From the NCBI GenBank assembly GCA_002733465.1, contig NVVT01000011.1, positions 91,048 to 140,976 on the forward strand: a DNA stretch of 49,929 nt. Direction: 5' to 3'. Source of the DNA: Kangiella sp. (GTDB taxonomy: Bacteria; Pseudomonadota; Gammaproteobacteria; Enterobacterales; Kangiellaceae). Positions 37,876 to 45,573 of this stretch are shown in pieces. A program made the position numbers and the translations under genes. The notes below the pieces were generated by a model, which did no database searches, was not told where the DNA came from, and worked only from the letters and a program-made list of their open reading frames with translations. Position 1 is the first letter of the stretch. Each line of letters starts with the position of its first letter.

Positions 37876-37909
37876 GAAATTAGTTCGTAAAGTATATCGA
37901 ATTAATTTC
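37876..37909. promoter_or_regulatory. Imperfect palindrome at the predicted transcript start (operator or 5-prime stem-loop)
   Basis: GAAATTAGTTCG-N9-TCGAATTAATTTC pairs at 11 of 12 positions. It begins 6 nt after the -10 element. Confidence 0.4.
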
Positions 37910-37953
37910 AAAACCACTTTTAATAAAAGATTTAAACCATAAGGAGGCAACAA

Positions 37954-37989
37954 ATGCCGAAACTAAAACAACAGGAAAATAAAAACTAA
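37954..37989 (+). CDS. 11-codon leader-type small ORF (MPKLKQQENKN) with a strong Shine-Dalgarno sequence
   Basis: AAGGAGG lies 6 nt upstream of the ATG. The ORF sits between the promoter candidate and an intrinsic terminator, upstream of rtcB. It is too short to validate by composition. Confidence 0.35.
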   Translation: MPKLKQQENKN

Positions 37990-38065
37990 CCTTCTTATGC
38001 AAATATTCGCTCGGAAGGTAATAGAAATATTGAATACCTTTCGAGTCAGAAAAACCTTTCTAAAA

Positions 38066-38097
38066 AGCCCTGACTGGATTTCCGTCAGGGCTTTTTT
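38066..38097 (+). terminator. Rho-independent terminator
   Basis: AGCCCTGAC-N9-GTCAGGGCT forms a 9-bp GC-rich stem followed by TTTTT. An A-tract precedes the stem. Confidence 0.8.
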
Positions 38098-38211
38098 CAT
38101 TTAAGCGATCAAATAAAATCGTTTAAATTCCCTCGTAAGACATTCTTAACAGGTATTCTCAAAATTTTAAGCAACAATGCTGTTTATTAAAACAGCAATG
38201 AGGATACAGTC

Positions 38212-39420
38212 ATGCCTATAAAAATTGAATTAAATAAAAATGCGAAGAATGGAATGAAGCCAGTAAAAATATTTACTCGCGACATTGGCAACACCGCTTT
38301 GACACAGTTAAAGAACTTGTCGCAGCTTCCTTTTATTCATTCGCATATCGCCGCTATGCCGGATGTGCACGCAGGAATTGGTGCAACCGTTGGTTCGGTT
38401 ATTCCAACCGATGGCGCAATTATTCCTGCAGCGGTTGGAGTTGATATTGGTTGTGGAATGAACGCTGTGAGGCTTTCAATAAAGTCATCACAACTACCAA
38501 CTAACTTAAAGGAAATACGTTTTGCGATTGAACGTGCGATCCCGGTGGGAGCGAAGGCTCACAAAATGATATCGGCTCGAGATAAGAGTATTCGACAATT
38601 ACAAACAGGAATGGATTTTATATTTGAAAAACATTCGGCGTTGTTGAAGATGATGAAAAAACCTCGGCAAACCTGGGTTCAACAAATGGGAACTTTAGGT
38701 AGTGGCAATCACTTTATTGAAATCTGCATCGATGAAAATAAAGATGTCTGGATCATGTTGCACTCGGGTAGCCGAGGAATTGGTAATGCGATTGGTCGTT
38801 ACTTTATTAGTAAAGCGAAGAAAGATATGCAAGGTCATATGCAAAATTTACCTGACCGAGATTTATCTTATTTTAGTGAGGGTTGTGAGAACTTTGATGA
38901 TTATATGTTTGCTGTTGATTGGGCGCAAAGGTATGCATTTTATAATCGACAAGAGATGATGGAGCTAGTTGTTAGAGCGATTAAGCCTTTCCTTCCGCCA
39001 TTTCAATTAACCAAGGAAGCGATCAATTGTCATCACAATTATGTAAACAAAGAACACCATTTTGGTAAAGATGTTTACGTGACAAGAAAAGGTGCGATTA
39101 GTGCACAAGACGGTGAGTTAGGAATTATCCCAGGCAGTATGGGAACTAACTCCTACATTGTCAGTGGTAAAGGCAAAGCGGATTCTTTTTGTTCTTGTGC
39201 TCATGGAGCAGGAAGAAAAATGACGAGAACAGCCGCGAGAAAAAGATTTAGAAGAGAAGATATGGAAGAACAAACACAAGGCGTTGAATGCAGAAAAGAT
39301 AGTCGAGTGATCGATGAGATCCCTGCAGCCTATAAAGACATTGAAACGGTTATGGAAAATCAGTCGGATCTTATTAGTGTTGTTCACCAGTTAAAACAAG
39401 TTGTTTGCATTAAGGGATAG
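38212..39420 (+). CDS. rtcB: RNA 3-prime-phosphate/5-prime-OH ligase RtcB
   Basis: The motifs are MPDVHAGIGATVGSVIP, GVDIGCGM, GSGNHFIE, HSGSRGIGN, NCHHNY and SCAHGAGR (guanylylated His). It is 402 aa, like E. coli RtcB. GAGGA lies 7 nt upstream of the ATG. Confidence 0.95.
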   Translation: MPIKIELNKNAKNGMKPVKIFTRDIGNTALTQLKNLSQLPFIHSHIAAMPDVHAGIGATVGSVIPTDGAIIPAAVGVDIGCGMNAVRLSIKSSQLPTNLKEIRFAIERAIPVGAKAHKMISARDKSIRQLQTGMDFIFEKHSALLKMMKKPRQTWVQQMGTLGSGNHFIEICIDENKDVWIMLHSGSRGIGNAIGRYFISKAKKDMQGHMQNLPDRDLSYFSEGCENFDDYMFAVDWAQRYAFYNRQEMMELVVRAIKPFLPPFQLTKEAINCHHNYVNKEHHFGKDVYVTRKGAISAQDGELGIIPGSMGTNSYIVSGKGKADSFCSCAHGAGRKMTRTAARKRFRREDMEEQTQGVECRKDSRVIDEIPAAYKDIETVMENQSDLISVVHQLKQVVCIKG

Positions 39421-39539
39421 ATAAATTATGAATAGCACAACATACGAGGAGACCTAGATTATGAAAAATAATTTTAGCCACAATAACAAAAAAATGGCTT
39501 TTATAAAGCTTTTACGAAAACGAATTAGGAAAAGAAATC

Positions 39540-40490
39540 ATGGAAATAAAATTATTAGAGGAGGTGTTGGATTGTCTGAATGATGGACGACGATTAGTTC
39601 ACTATTATGATGATCAATATGCTCTATATTTGTTACAGAAATTTTGTGAGAAAAAAATCACTAAAGATCAATCTAGCATACAGATAAAGGAGATTAAAAG
39701 TTCTTGTTTTGCAAAGTTGCTAAATAAGCCAAGTATCGTAAAGTTACTGTCCGAATTAGGTGATGGAAAATTATCATCGGACCGATTGCTACAGGTATCA
39801 GCTCAAGAGTTCGAAAGCTATGTGATTACTTTATCGCAATGGGGAAAGAAGGAAGACTATCCGTGGGAACAGACTTCAGTGCCAGGTTCTAATTTAGTAT
39901 TGCAGCTAAATTTAACTAATAAGCATGACCAGTTATTGAAAGACTTAGAAATAGATAGTGAACCATTTCGGTTTGATGATCACCCTATTCACTCTGTCAA
40001 AAATTCTTTGTCTTGGGCAAGAATTGATTTTAACTTTGAAACGGGCGAAGCGTTAATCGAAGAAGTCCAAAATGATTGGTTAAGGATAGCGTCTAGGCAT
40101 GCAGAATCGGCTAAAAGAGCGATTCTAAATGGCAGTACATTTTATAGACGTTGGGGCGTAAAATATAAAGCAAAAAATATGCTTGAATATACCCAAGATT
40201 TGTTACCTAAGCATAAAAAGAACTGGCAGGAGATCACGCTATTTTATGCGATAAAATTGATTAAGCAAGAAATTGGTATCAATAAGATTTTTTATCATAG
40301 CTATGAAACAGGGGCATTGTTAAAGAACATCAATGGTCGTTTACCGCCTCGTTCTTTATATACCGATTTACCAAAGCGGTTTTGCTTTACTCCGTGTAAT
40401 ACTGGACCCGAATTTATTACGAAGGATTGCAGAGTCAAAAGAAAACTGAAGAAAGCAAAGACTGAAAATTGGTTTTGTCTATCTTTGTAA
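39540..40490 (+). CDS. Hypothetical soluble 316-aa protein, no family recognised
   Basis: This long ORF is co-directional between rtcB and the small basic protein gene. It has no TM helix or signal peptide. An acidic cluster WARIDFNFETGEALIEEVQNDW is present and the C-terminus is basic (KRKLKKAK). Confidence 0.65.
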   Translation: MEIKLLEEVLDCLNDGRRLVHYYDDQYALYLLQKFCEKKITKDQSSIQIKEIKSSCFAKLLNKPSIVKLLSELGDGKLSSDRLLQVSAQEFESYVITLSQWGKKEDYPWEQTSVPGSNLVLQLNLTNKHDQLLKDLEIDSEPFRFDDHPIHSVKNSLSWARIDFNFETGEALIEEVQNDWLRIASRHAESAKRAILNGSTFYRRWGVKYKAKNMLEYTQDLLPKHKKNWQEITLFYAIKLIKQEIGINKIFYHSYETGALLKNINGRLPPRSLYTDLPKRFCFTPCNTGPEFITKDCRVKRKLKKAKTENWFCLSL

Positions 40491-40531
40491 TTTTAACCTT
40501 TGTCACAATGACATAAAAACTAGGAGGTAAC

Positions 40532-40819
40532 ATGTCTAAAAAACGCAGTAGCAAACGAATGAACAGAACGCTGAATAGCTTAGAAGTTTCCAAAAACCAT
40601 TCGGCGATGCAAATAACGATTGCGCCAGTCGCACCTAGAAATCCGTATGCAAATCATCCATTGATGAGAAAAAGTGCGGTTCACGAAAAATCGAAATCTG
40701 CAGAACGTTCTAAGACTCGTCGCGAGACCAAGCAATTGGCTCGCGATTGGTCAACTCATTCATCCAGCTTAATATTTAAATATTTTTGGACTGACGTTCC
40801 TTTTCGCTACAGTAAATAG
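40532..40819 (+). CDS. Small basic protein with ArfA-like (alternative ribosome-rescue factor) layout
   Basis: AGGAGG lies 4 nt upstream of the ATG. The core NHPLMRKSAVHEKSKSAERSKTRR resembles E. coli ArfA [22 protein letters not shown] (recalled from memory). It shares the pattern PL-[FM]-R ... EK-x-K-x4-S-x2-R-[RK]. A Trp follows, then a hydrophobic or aromatic tail (LIFKYFWTDVPF). An intra-ORF hairpin occupies codons 63-72. Confidence 0.55.
   Translation: MSKKRSSKRMNRTLNSLEVSKNHSAMQITIAPVAPRNPYANHPLMRKSAVHEKSKSAERSKTRRETKQLARDWSTHSSSLIFKYFWTDVPFRYSK
40720..40746 (+). promoter_or_regulatory. GC-rich stem-loop inside the ArfA-like ORF (candidate RNase III / mRNA-truncation element)
   Basis: TCGCGAG-A-CCAA [GCAA] TTGG-CTCGCGA pairs 11 bp with one bulged A and a GNRA-type tetraloop. 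No U-tract follows. Confidence 0.6.
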
Positions 40820-40871
40820 CTTCACCTCTTACACTTATACTATCCAAGAGACCTTACAGGTCTGTAAAAAC

Positions 40872-41387
40872 TCACAATAAGCGCGAAACAACCTCAAGAC
40901 AATTCTTTAAAGGTAACCACATTTCAAGTCGATCGTTGTTATCAGAATCTGCTGGCAAAAAACCATATTGTTCGTAAAATTTTATGATACTTGAATTCAT
41001 CGGGTCTACAAATAACCCTATTGCTGAAATTTGTTCAGCAACTAATACGGTCCTATTGATAGCATCAATTAATAACTTTTCACCTAAATATTGGTTTTAG
41101 TAAGACTGCGCCACAGCAAGACATGCTAATTTAACAGCGCTAAGAGGATGTGGGTATTTTTTATAATATTTATGTGTTGGCGGAATCGTAACGGAATAGC
41201 CTGTTAGGGTGTGATAACCGATTATGTTGGTTGGCTCTGTATCCTGACAGGCTACGTATGTTTTTGATATTTGTTTTGCATTTTTTTGACGAGGTTAGTG
41301 TTGTAAAAATTCATTCAACTCACTAACACCACAATCAAAATATTTTCGATTATGGTACCGAGTAATCTCCTCAATGATTAGTGACAT
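40872..41387 (-). pseudogene. TacT-like GNAT acetyltransferase toxin gene inactivated by two in-frame TAA codons
   Basis: My hand translation in one frame of 172 codons gives MSLIIEEITRYHNRKYFDCGVSELNEFLQH*PRQKNAKQISKTYVACQDTEPTNIIGYHTLTGYSV...LACLAVAQSY*NQYLGEKLLIDAINRTVLVAEQISAIGLFVDPMNSSIIKFYEQYGFLPADS...LPLKNCLEVVSRLL*. The stops are at 41295-41297 and 41097-41099. The start overlaps the end of the upstream DUF1778 antitoxin gene. Confidence 0.75.
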
Positions 41388-41664
41388 TCACTGTGCCCTT
41401 GTAGCGACTAGCTGCTTTAAGTAATTTGCTACTTGTTTGTGGCGCACTCTCCAATGCGCTCAGTAAAGCATCAGCACCCGCCATCGACAAATTCAAAGTC
41501 TCTGTTCGTTCAATGACTTTTCTAGATTTTTCCATAGCCGAATCAATAAGAAACTGAGAAACGGTTGCGCCAGAATAATCCGCGGCGCGTTGAATAAATT
41601 CCTGAATTTCATTAGAAGTTCGAGCAACTAAACGAGTTTCTTTGCGTTCGATGTTAGTCGCCAT
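41371..41664 (-). CDS. DUF1778 (TacA-type, RHH) antitoxin
   Basis: RLVARTSNEIQEFIQRAADYSGATVSQFLIDSAMEKSRKVIE is the DUF1778 signature. It is 97 aa and is followed by a GNAT gene remnant. Confidence 0.8.
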   Translation of the reverse strand: MATNIERKETRLVARTSNEIQEFIQRAADYSGATVSQFLIDSAMEKSRKVIERTETLNLSMAGADALLSALESAPQTSSKLLKAASRYKGTVNVTNH

Positions 41665-41699
41665 TATTTCACCTTTGTTTCTTTATAAATAACTCTTGG

Positions 41700-41756
41700 T
41701 GCCATTATGGCGCACATACACAATATCGGTCAATATGTTTGCCTATATGGCACACG
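41700..41756. promoter_or_regulatory. Two 17-nt direct repeats with internal dyads upstream of the antitoxin gene (candidate autoregulatory operators)
   Basis: TGCCATTATGGCGCACA (41700-41716) and TGCCTATATGGCACACG (41740-41756). The first contains GCCAT-T-ATGGC. Confidence 0.4.
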
Positions 41757-41876
41757 TAGCTTGATTAATACGAATTAAATGTCAAAGTAACTTCCGTTAT
41801 AAAATATTTAATTTACGTGAGCATTAAAAAAATAATTGGGAGCCGTTTCATTTCAAAAACAGTTCATCTAATGCAT

Positions 41877-42623
41877 TCACTTATCTGACGAAGCGCGAGT
41901 TAAAAACCAATCAACCATAATGTTTTCTAAATTCGGATCATGCTTAAAAAGCGGTCGACCATGCCCATTGCCTTTATAGACAAGTAATCTTGTTTTTGGA
42001 CTCTTGGCAGAAAGGAATATTTTATTTGATGAATTAAACGTATATGCATCATCTTGCGAGGCGATAATCAGCGCCGGTATTTCACTAATGTGATTGAATG
42101 ATGCTATACCTTTCTCGTCCAATCCAGAAGAGAATAATACTAAACTTTGAGGTTTAATCTTCTGAGAAAATTTAACCGCTTGATAGCCACCACAACTAGC
42201 ACCAATAATAGAAATATTATCACTGCCAATTTTATCTGCAAGGTATTCATACGCTAGCTCAACGTCTCCCTGCCAAAACTTGTTAACTGCTTTTATTTTA
42301 TTCATAAATTCTTTTCGGTTTTTTGATTCTTTACGCAACAACTTACGAGAAAATGTCGGAGTTGTACTATCTGCAAAACCTCTAAAATCCAATGCGAGTG
42401 AGGTAACATTTTGTTCGCCTAGTAATTTTGCTAAATCAGAGTACATACTCTTATCAGCATTACACTGATGCAACATTAATACGCCGAATTTCGCGTTAGA
42501 TCCAGCATCAACAAAATTTGCTGCAAGCTGAAAACCGTCCGAAGCTTTAAGGCTAACTCTTTCCGCGCTCACGTTTAAACTAATAAATAAAATGGCTAAT
42601 AACCACACTAATTTCTTTTTCAT
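41877..42623 (-). CDS. Secreted alpha/beta hydrolase (dienelactone-hydrolase-like)
   Basis: It has a signal peptide (MKKKLVWLLAILFISLNVSA), the nucleophile elbow GASCGG and a C-terminal GHG. Confidence 0.75.
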   Translation of the reverse strand: MKKKLVWLLAILFISLNVSAERVSLKASDGFQLAANFVDAGSNAKFGVLMLHQCNADKSMYSDLAKLLGEQNVTSLALDFRGFADSTTPTFSRKLLRKESKNRKEFMNKIKAVNKFWQGDVELAYEYLADKIGSDNISIIGASCGGYQAVKFSQKIKPQSLVLFSSGLDEKGIASFNHISEIPALIIASQDDAYTFNSSNKIFLSAKSPKTRLLVYKGNGHGRPLFKHDPNLENIMVDWFLTRASSDK

Positions 42624-43087
42624 ATTATTATCTCCTTGCTCAACAAAGTTAAGTTCAAATGCCTAGCGATCAGTTATTGACAGTATGATAGTTACATTTG
42701 TAGCGATTATGTTACCATTAGCTTGGTAGCGTGTCAAAACTGCTAAATGGATTGGTGTTGGAATCGAAATTTAGTCCACAAATTAGTGCTGATTCTATAA
42801 AACAAATATAGACCATAATTTAGAATCGTTTGATTCTAGAAAAGAATAGTCATGCCGTAATAGCAAAGTCTATTATAAATTATCTTATCGATTTTTATAA
42901 TAAAAAAATGACTGATAAAATTTTAGTAATAGAACAATCCGGTGATTAGCCTTGTGATCTTATGACTCTCACTCTTGCGAGCGATTGTCCATTCTACTTA
43001 TGATCTTTTCGCTTGTTTTTATGTGTAACGCGTAATTGTGTTGCGCGTATTTTGCGTAACCACCTATTTTTTGTTATGTGATTCAAT

Positions 43088-43492
43088 TTAAATTCGATTT
43101 TGTTTATTATAAAATTTATTGTTTTGTACTAAAAACATGCCTAAGAGAGAATTGTAAAAATATTTATATGCCAGTAGCAGTATTAAAAACATACCAAGAA
43201 TCAAAGCCCAAAACCCAAACGGCAAATAGAATACGTTTATCAATTTGTCATTTTTTATATCACCAACGGCCATCGTAAGCCAAGGATAATCTTCAACTGC
43301 AATAACGTAGATAATTTGATCTGAACTGTTTTTTATACGAAAGTGAGGGCTTTCCTTATAATCATTTAATATCTCTGTCTCAAGCCTTGATTCAGTTGCC
43401 ATTGAATATATTATCGAACACGGAAACAATATAATCCAAAAAACGGCTGTGGTAGATGCCAAAAATTTTAGAATTTTAATATATTTATTCAT
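43088..43492 (-). CDS. Hypothetical membrane protein
   Basis: It has an N-terminal TM helix and a C-terminal TM helix (PFGFWALILGMFLILLLAY). No family is recognised. Confidence 0.45.
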   Translation of the reverse strand: MNKYIKILKFLASTTAVFWIILFPCSIIYSMATESRLETEILNDYKESPHFRIKNSSDQIIYVIAVEDYPWLTMAVGDIKNDKLINVFYLPFGFWALILGMFLILLLAYKYFYNSLLGMFLVQNNKFYNKQNRI

Positions 43493-43517
43493 ATATTCAC
43501 TTACACATAACGCTTCG

Positions 43518-43877
43518 CTAAAAAGCGCTGTTGTTGTTTTTGGCGTCTTTTTTCAGCACCTGGTTATGTGATCTACTCTTAAATTTCATTGTAATGTAAT
43601 TTACTAGAATTTTAGCAACAGTCAAATTAAGAGCAAAGCCAGTACATACAATTAGCGAGTCTATAAATGCTCGGCCACTGTAATTAAAAATGCTATCTAG
43701 GAAATCCGTTAGCTTATAGGCAACGGTACTCCAAGGATATGAAGTGGCTATCACAAAAAAACCATTTATTCTCATTTCGGAACCGCGACGCCATCCATAA
43801 TATTGAAACACATACCAAAAAATATAAAACAACGCGGGTAAAGCGAAACATAATAGGAAAAATTTTGTGTTACGCAT
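43518..43877 (-). CDS. Hypothetical membrane protein
   Basis: About three hydrophobic helices are present (FLLCFALPALFYIFWYVF; LIVCTGFALNLTVAKIL). It is tandem with the preceding gene. Confidence 0.45.
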   Translation of the reverse strand: MRNTKFFLLCFALPALFYIFWYVFQYYGWRRGSEMRINGFFVIATSYPWSTVAYKLTDFLDSIFNYSGRAFIDSLIVCTGFALNLTVAKILVNYITMKFKSRSHNQVLKKDAKNNNSAF

Positions 43878-44318
43878 CTACTCCTCCATAAACATAACAG
43901 CTAATTGAATGCAGTAAATCTCATTAATGTTCAAACGAGCGTTTAACTGAATTACATTTTTTTAATAATTATCAGTAAGTTACAGGTGCTATTGGAAAAA
44001 AGCAATGATTTTTAATTGACCCTAGGCTCTATTATTGTTCGCTACAATAATTATTATTCTTGTAAATCAGTAGGTTAAAAGATAACAAATGCGCAAAGTG
44101 CGCTTTAGTCGTTGCAGGTTCAACTAAAGCGGTTAGAACCAAAGGAAATGGATTCCTGCTTTTAGCAAAACTGCACGCTCGTTCTTTCATGACGTGACGA
44201 AATGTATCATTTGAGCCAAATGGAGAATACCGTGAACTTCCGCTTTAAGATATTTTGCGACCTTCAGTAAAATTTTAGCAAAGCCACCTACTAGTAGATT
44301 GTAATTGTTCAGCTCAAT

Positions 44319-44765
44319 TTATTTCCCTCTAAATTTCTTTTCAATCTGCCGTTTCTTCCAATCATCGCCAAACACATCGAATGTCTTAAAGTAAATAATG
44401 GCCAATAGAATTATCCATCCTAACGCCATCATTGCAAATGCAAACCAATTGTCAGGTTCTGAAATAGCTGTAGCAAAAGGAAAAATAAGACTAAAAACCG
44501 CCAGCCCCAATATTAAATAGAAAGATTTAATACCCTCTATATAACTTTCCTCAATTTCCTTTTGTTCAGAGCCTTCACCTGAATAGAAATTGACTTGAAA
44601 AACTGATGACAAAGCCGCGAGCGATTCAATACTCGCGGTTTCGCCATTCTCGATTCGTTGAATAGTTCGAATGCTCAACCCACTTAATTCAGCCAATTTC
44701 TCTTGTGACCATTTAAGCTCTAATCGCATTTTCTTTAAGTTTTCTAGTGATTGTGTGTTTGTCAT
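44319..44765 (-). CDS. XRE-family HTH protein with a C-terminal two-helix membrane anchor
   Basis: MRLELKWSQEKLAELSGLSIRTIQRIENGE is an HTH_3 motif. It is followed by the TM segments FYLILGLAVFSLIFPF and FAMMALGWIILLAIIYF. Confidence 0.75.
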   Translation of the reverse strand: MTNTQSLENLKKMRLELKWSQEKLAELSGLSIRTIQRIENGETASIESLAALSSVFQVNFYSGEGSEQKEIEESYIEGIKSFYLILGLAVFSLIFPFATAISEPDNWFAFAMMALGWIILLAIIYFKTFDVFGDDWKKRQIEKKFRGK

Positions 44766-44896
44766 TTTTTATTGCCGATAATTAATCATTCTTGGGAAAC
44801 GGATCATAAGAAAGTTGCACCTCCTACACCACGCCATAGGCTGTCATGTATCTGACAAGCTCATGACATTAGACTGACTTAACTAATCATCTCGTC

Positions 44897-45190
44897 TTAG
44901 TTTAGAGAGCTGTACGGATCTTGCTGTCCCAAAATTCTAACAATGATAATGTCATTATTTTTTTCTATTTTGTAATAAATAGAATTTATCTTATAGACTG
45001 AGCGTCTATATCCCGAACGAATATCATTCACACTAGGATATAATAGCGGTTCTTGGGCAAGTTTGTGAAAACGATTGATAAGTTTGTTTTGATAAGTTGT
45101 AGCTTTTTCGAGGCCATAATTATCAATTCCATAAACAAATATTAATTCAAAGTCCTTATCTGCTGACTTGCTAAGTGTGTAATGTTTCAT
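44897..45190 (-). CDS. parE: ParE/RelE-family type II toxin
   Basis: It is 97 aa. A--DFELIF-YGIDNYGLEKATTYQNKLINRF-KLAQEP...RRSVYKINSIYYKIEKNNDIIIVRILGQQD is typical of ParE. It lies 9 nt downstream of the parD-like gene. Confidence 0.8.
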   Translation of the reverse strand: MKHYTLSKSADKDFELIFVYGIDNYGLEKATTYQNKLINRFHKLAQEPLLYPSVNDIRSGYRRSVYKINSIYYKIEKNNDIIIVRILGQQDPYSSLN

Positions 45191-45199
45191 TGGGATAAA

Positions 45200-45436
45200 T
45201 TATGATTTTCTGTTTATTACACTTTCCATAATTTGCTCAGGCGTCCGCTCAGATAAACCACTTCGTTCGCCTTCAATTAGCATCGCACGAACATAGTCAT
45301 ATTGATTTTCCTTGGCTCTGGCACTTCGGATCAAATCATTAATAACCTCACTTTTACTTGAAAACTCTTGGCTGTCTATTTGGGTTTTTATCCAATTTTC
45401 ATTAGGTGTAGTAAAAGTGATACTCGAACGAGACAT
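45200..45436 (-). CDS. parD: ParD-family (RHH) antitoxin
   Basis: SITFTTPNENWIKTQIDSQEFSSKSEVINDLIRSA...ERTPEQIMESV is the ParD4-like signature. It is 78 aa. Confidence 0.8.
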   Translation of the reverse strand: MSRSSITFTTPNENWIKTQIDSQEFSSKSEVINDLIRSARAKENQYDYVRAMLIEGERSGLSERTPEQIMESVINRKS

Positions 45437-45573
45437 ATTTGCTTCCTTATTAAGTATTTTGCGCCTTAAATCACTAATCGTATTTGGCGAATGAGGTACA
45501 TGCGGTGCTAAAGTGACTCTATATTACACCACTTTTACTCTAGCCTCCACTTTTCGCTATTCCGAACTATTTA

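Noticed and set aside
39461-39583. 40-codon highly basic small ORF (MKNNFSHNNKKMAFIKLLRKRIRKRNHGNKIIRGGVGLSE) with GAGGAG 9 nt upstream, overlapping the start of the 316-aa gene in another frame
   Set aside because: The SD and the location inside the rtcB locus are intriguing. The AT-rich sequence generates Lys/Asn/Arg-rich ORFs by chance, and I have no conservation data. I am not calling it a gene. Ribosome profiling or comparative genomics would be worth doing.
44091-44318. Overlapping hairpins (GCGCA-AAG-TGCGC; CGCTTTAGT-N13-ACTAAAGCG; GGTTC-N14-GAACC) and short open frames downstream of the XRE-TM gene
   Set aside because: This could be a terminator cluster, a structured RNA or a gene remnant. 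I could not match any family, and the open frames lack start codons. The evidence is insufficient for a call.
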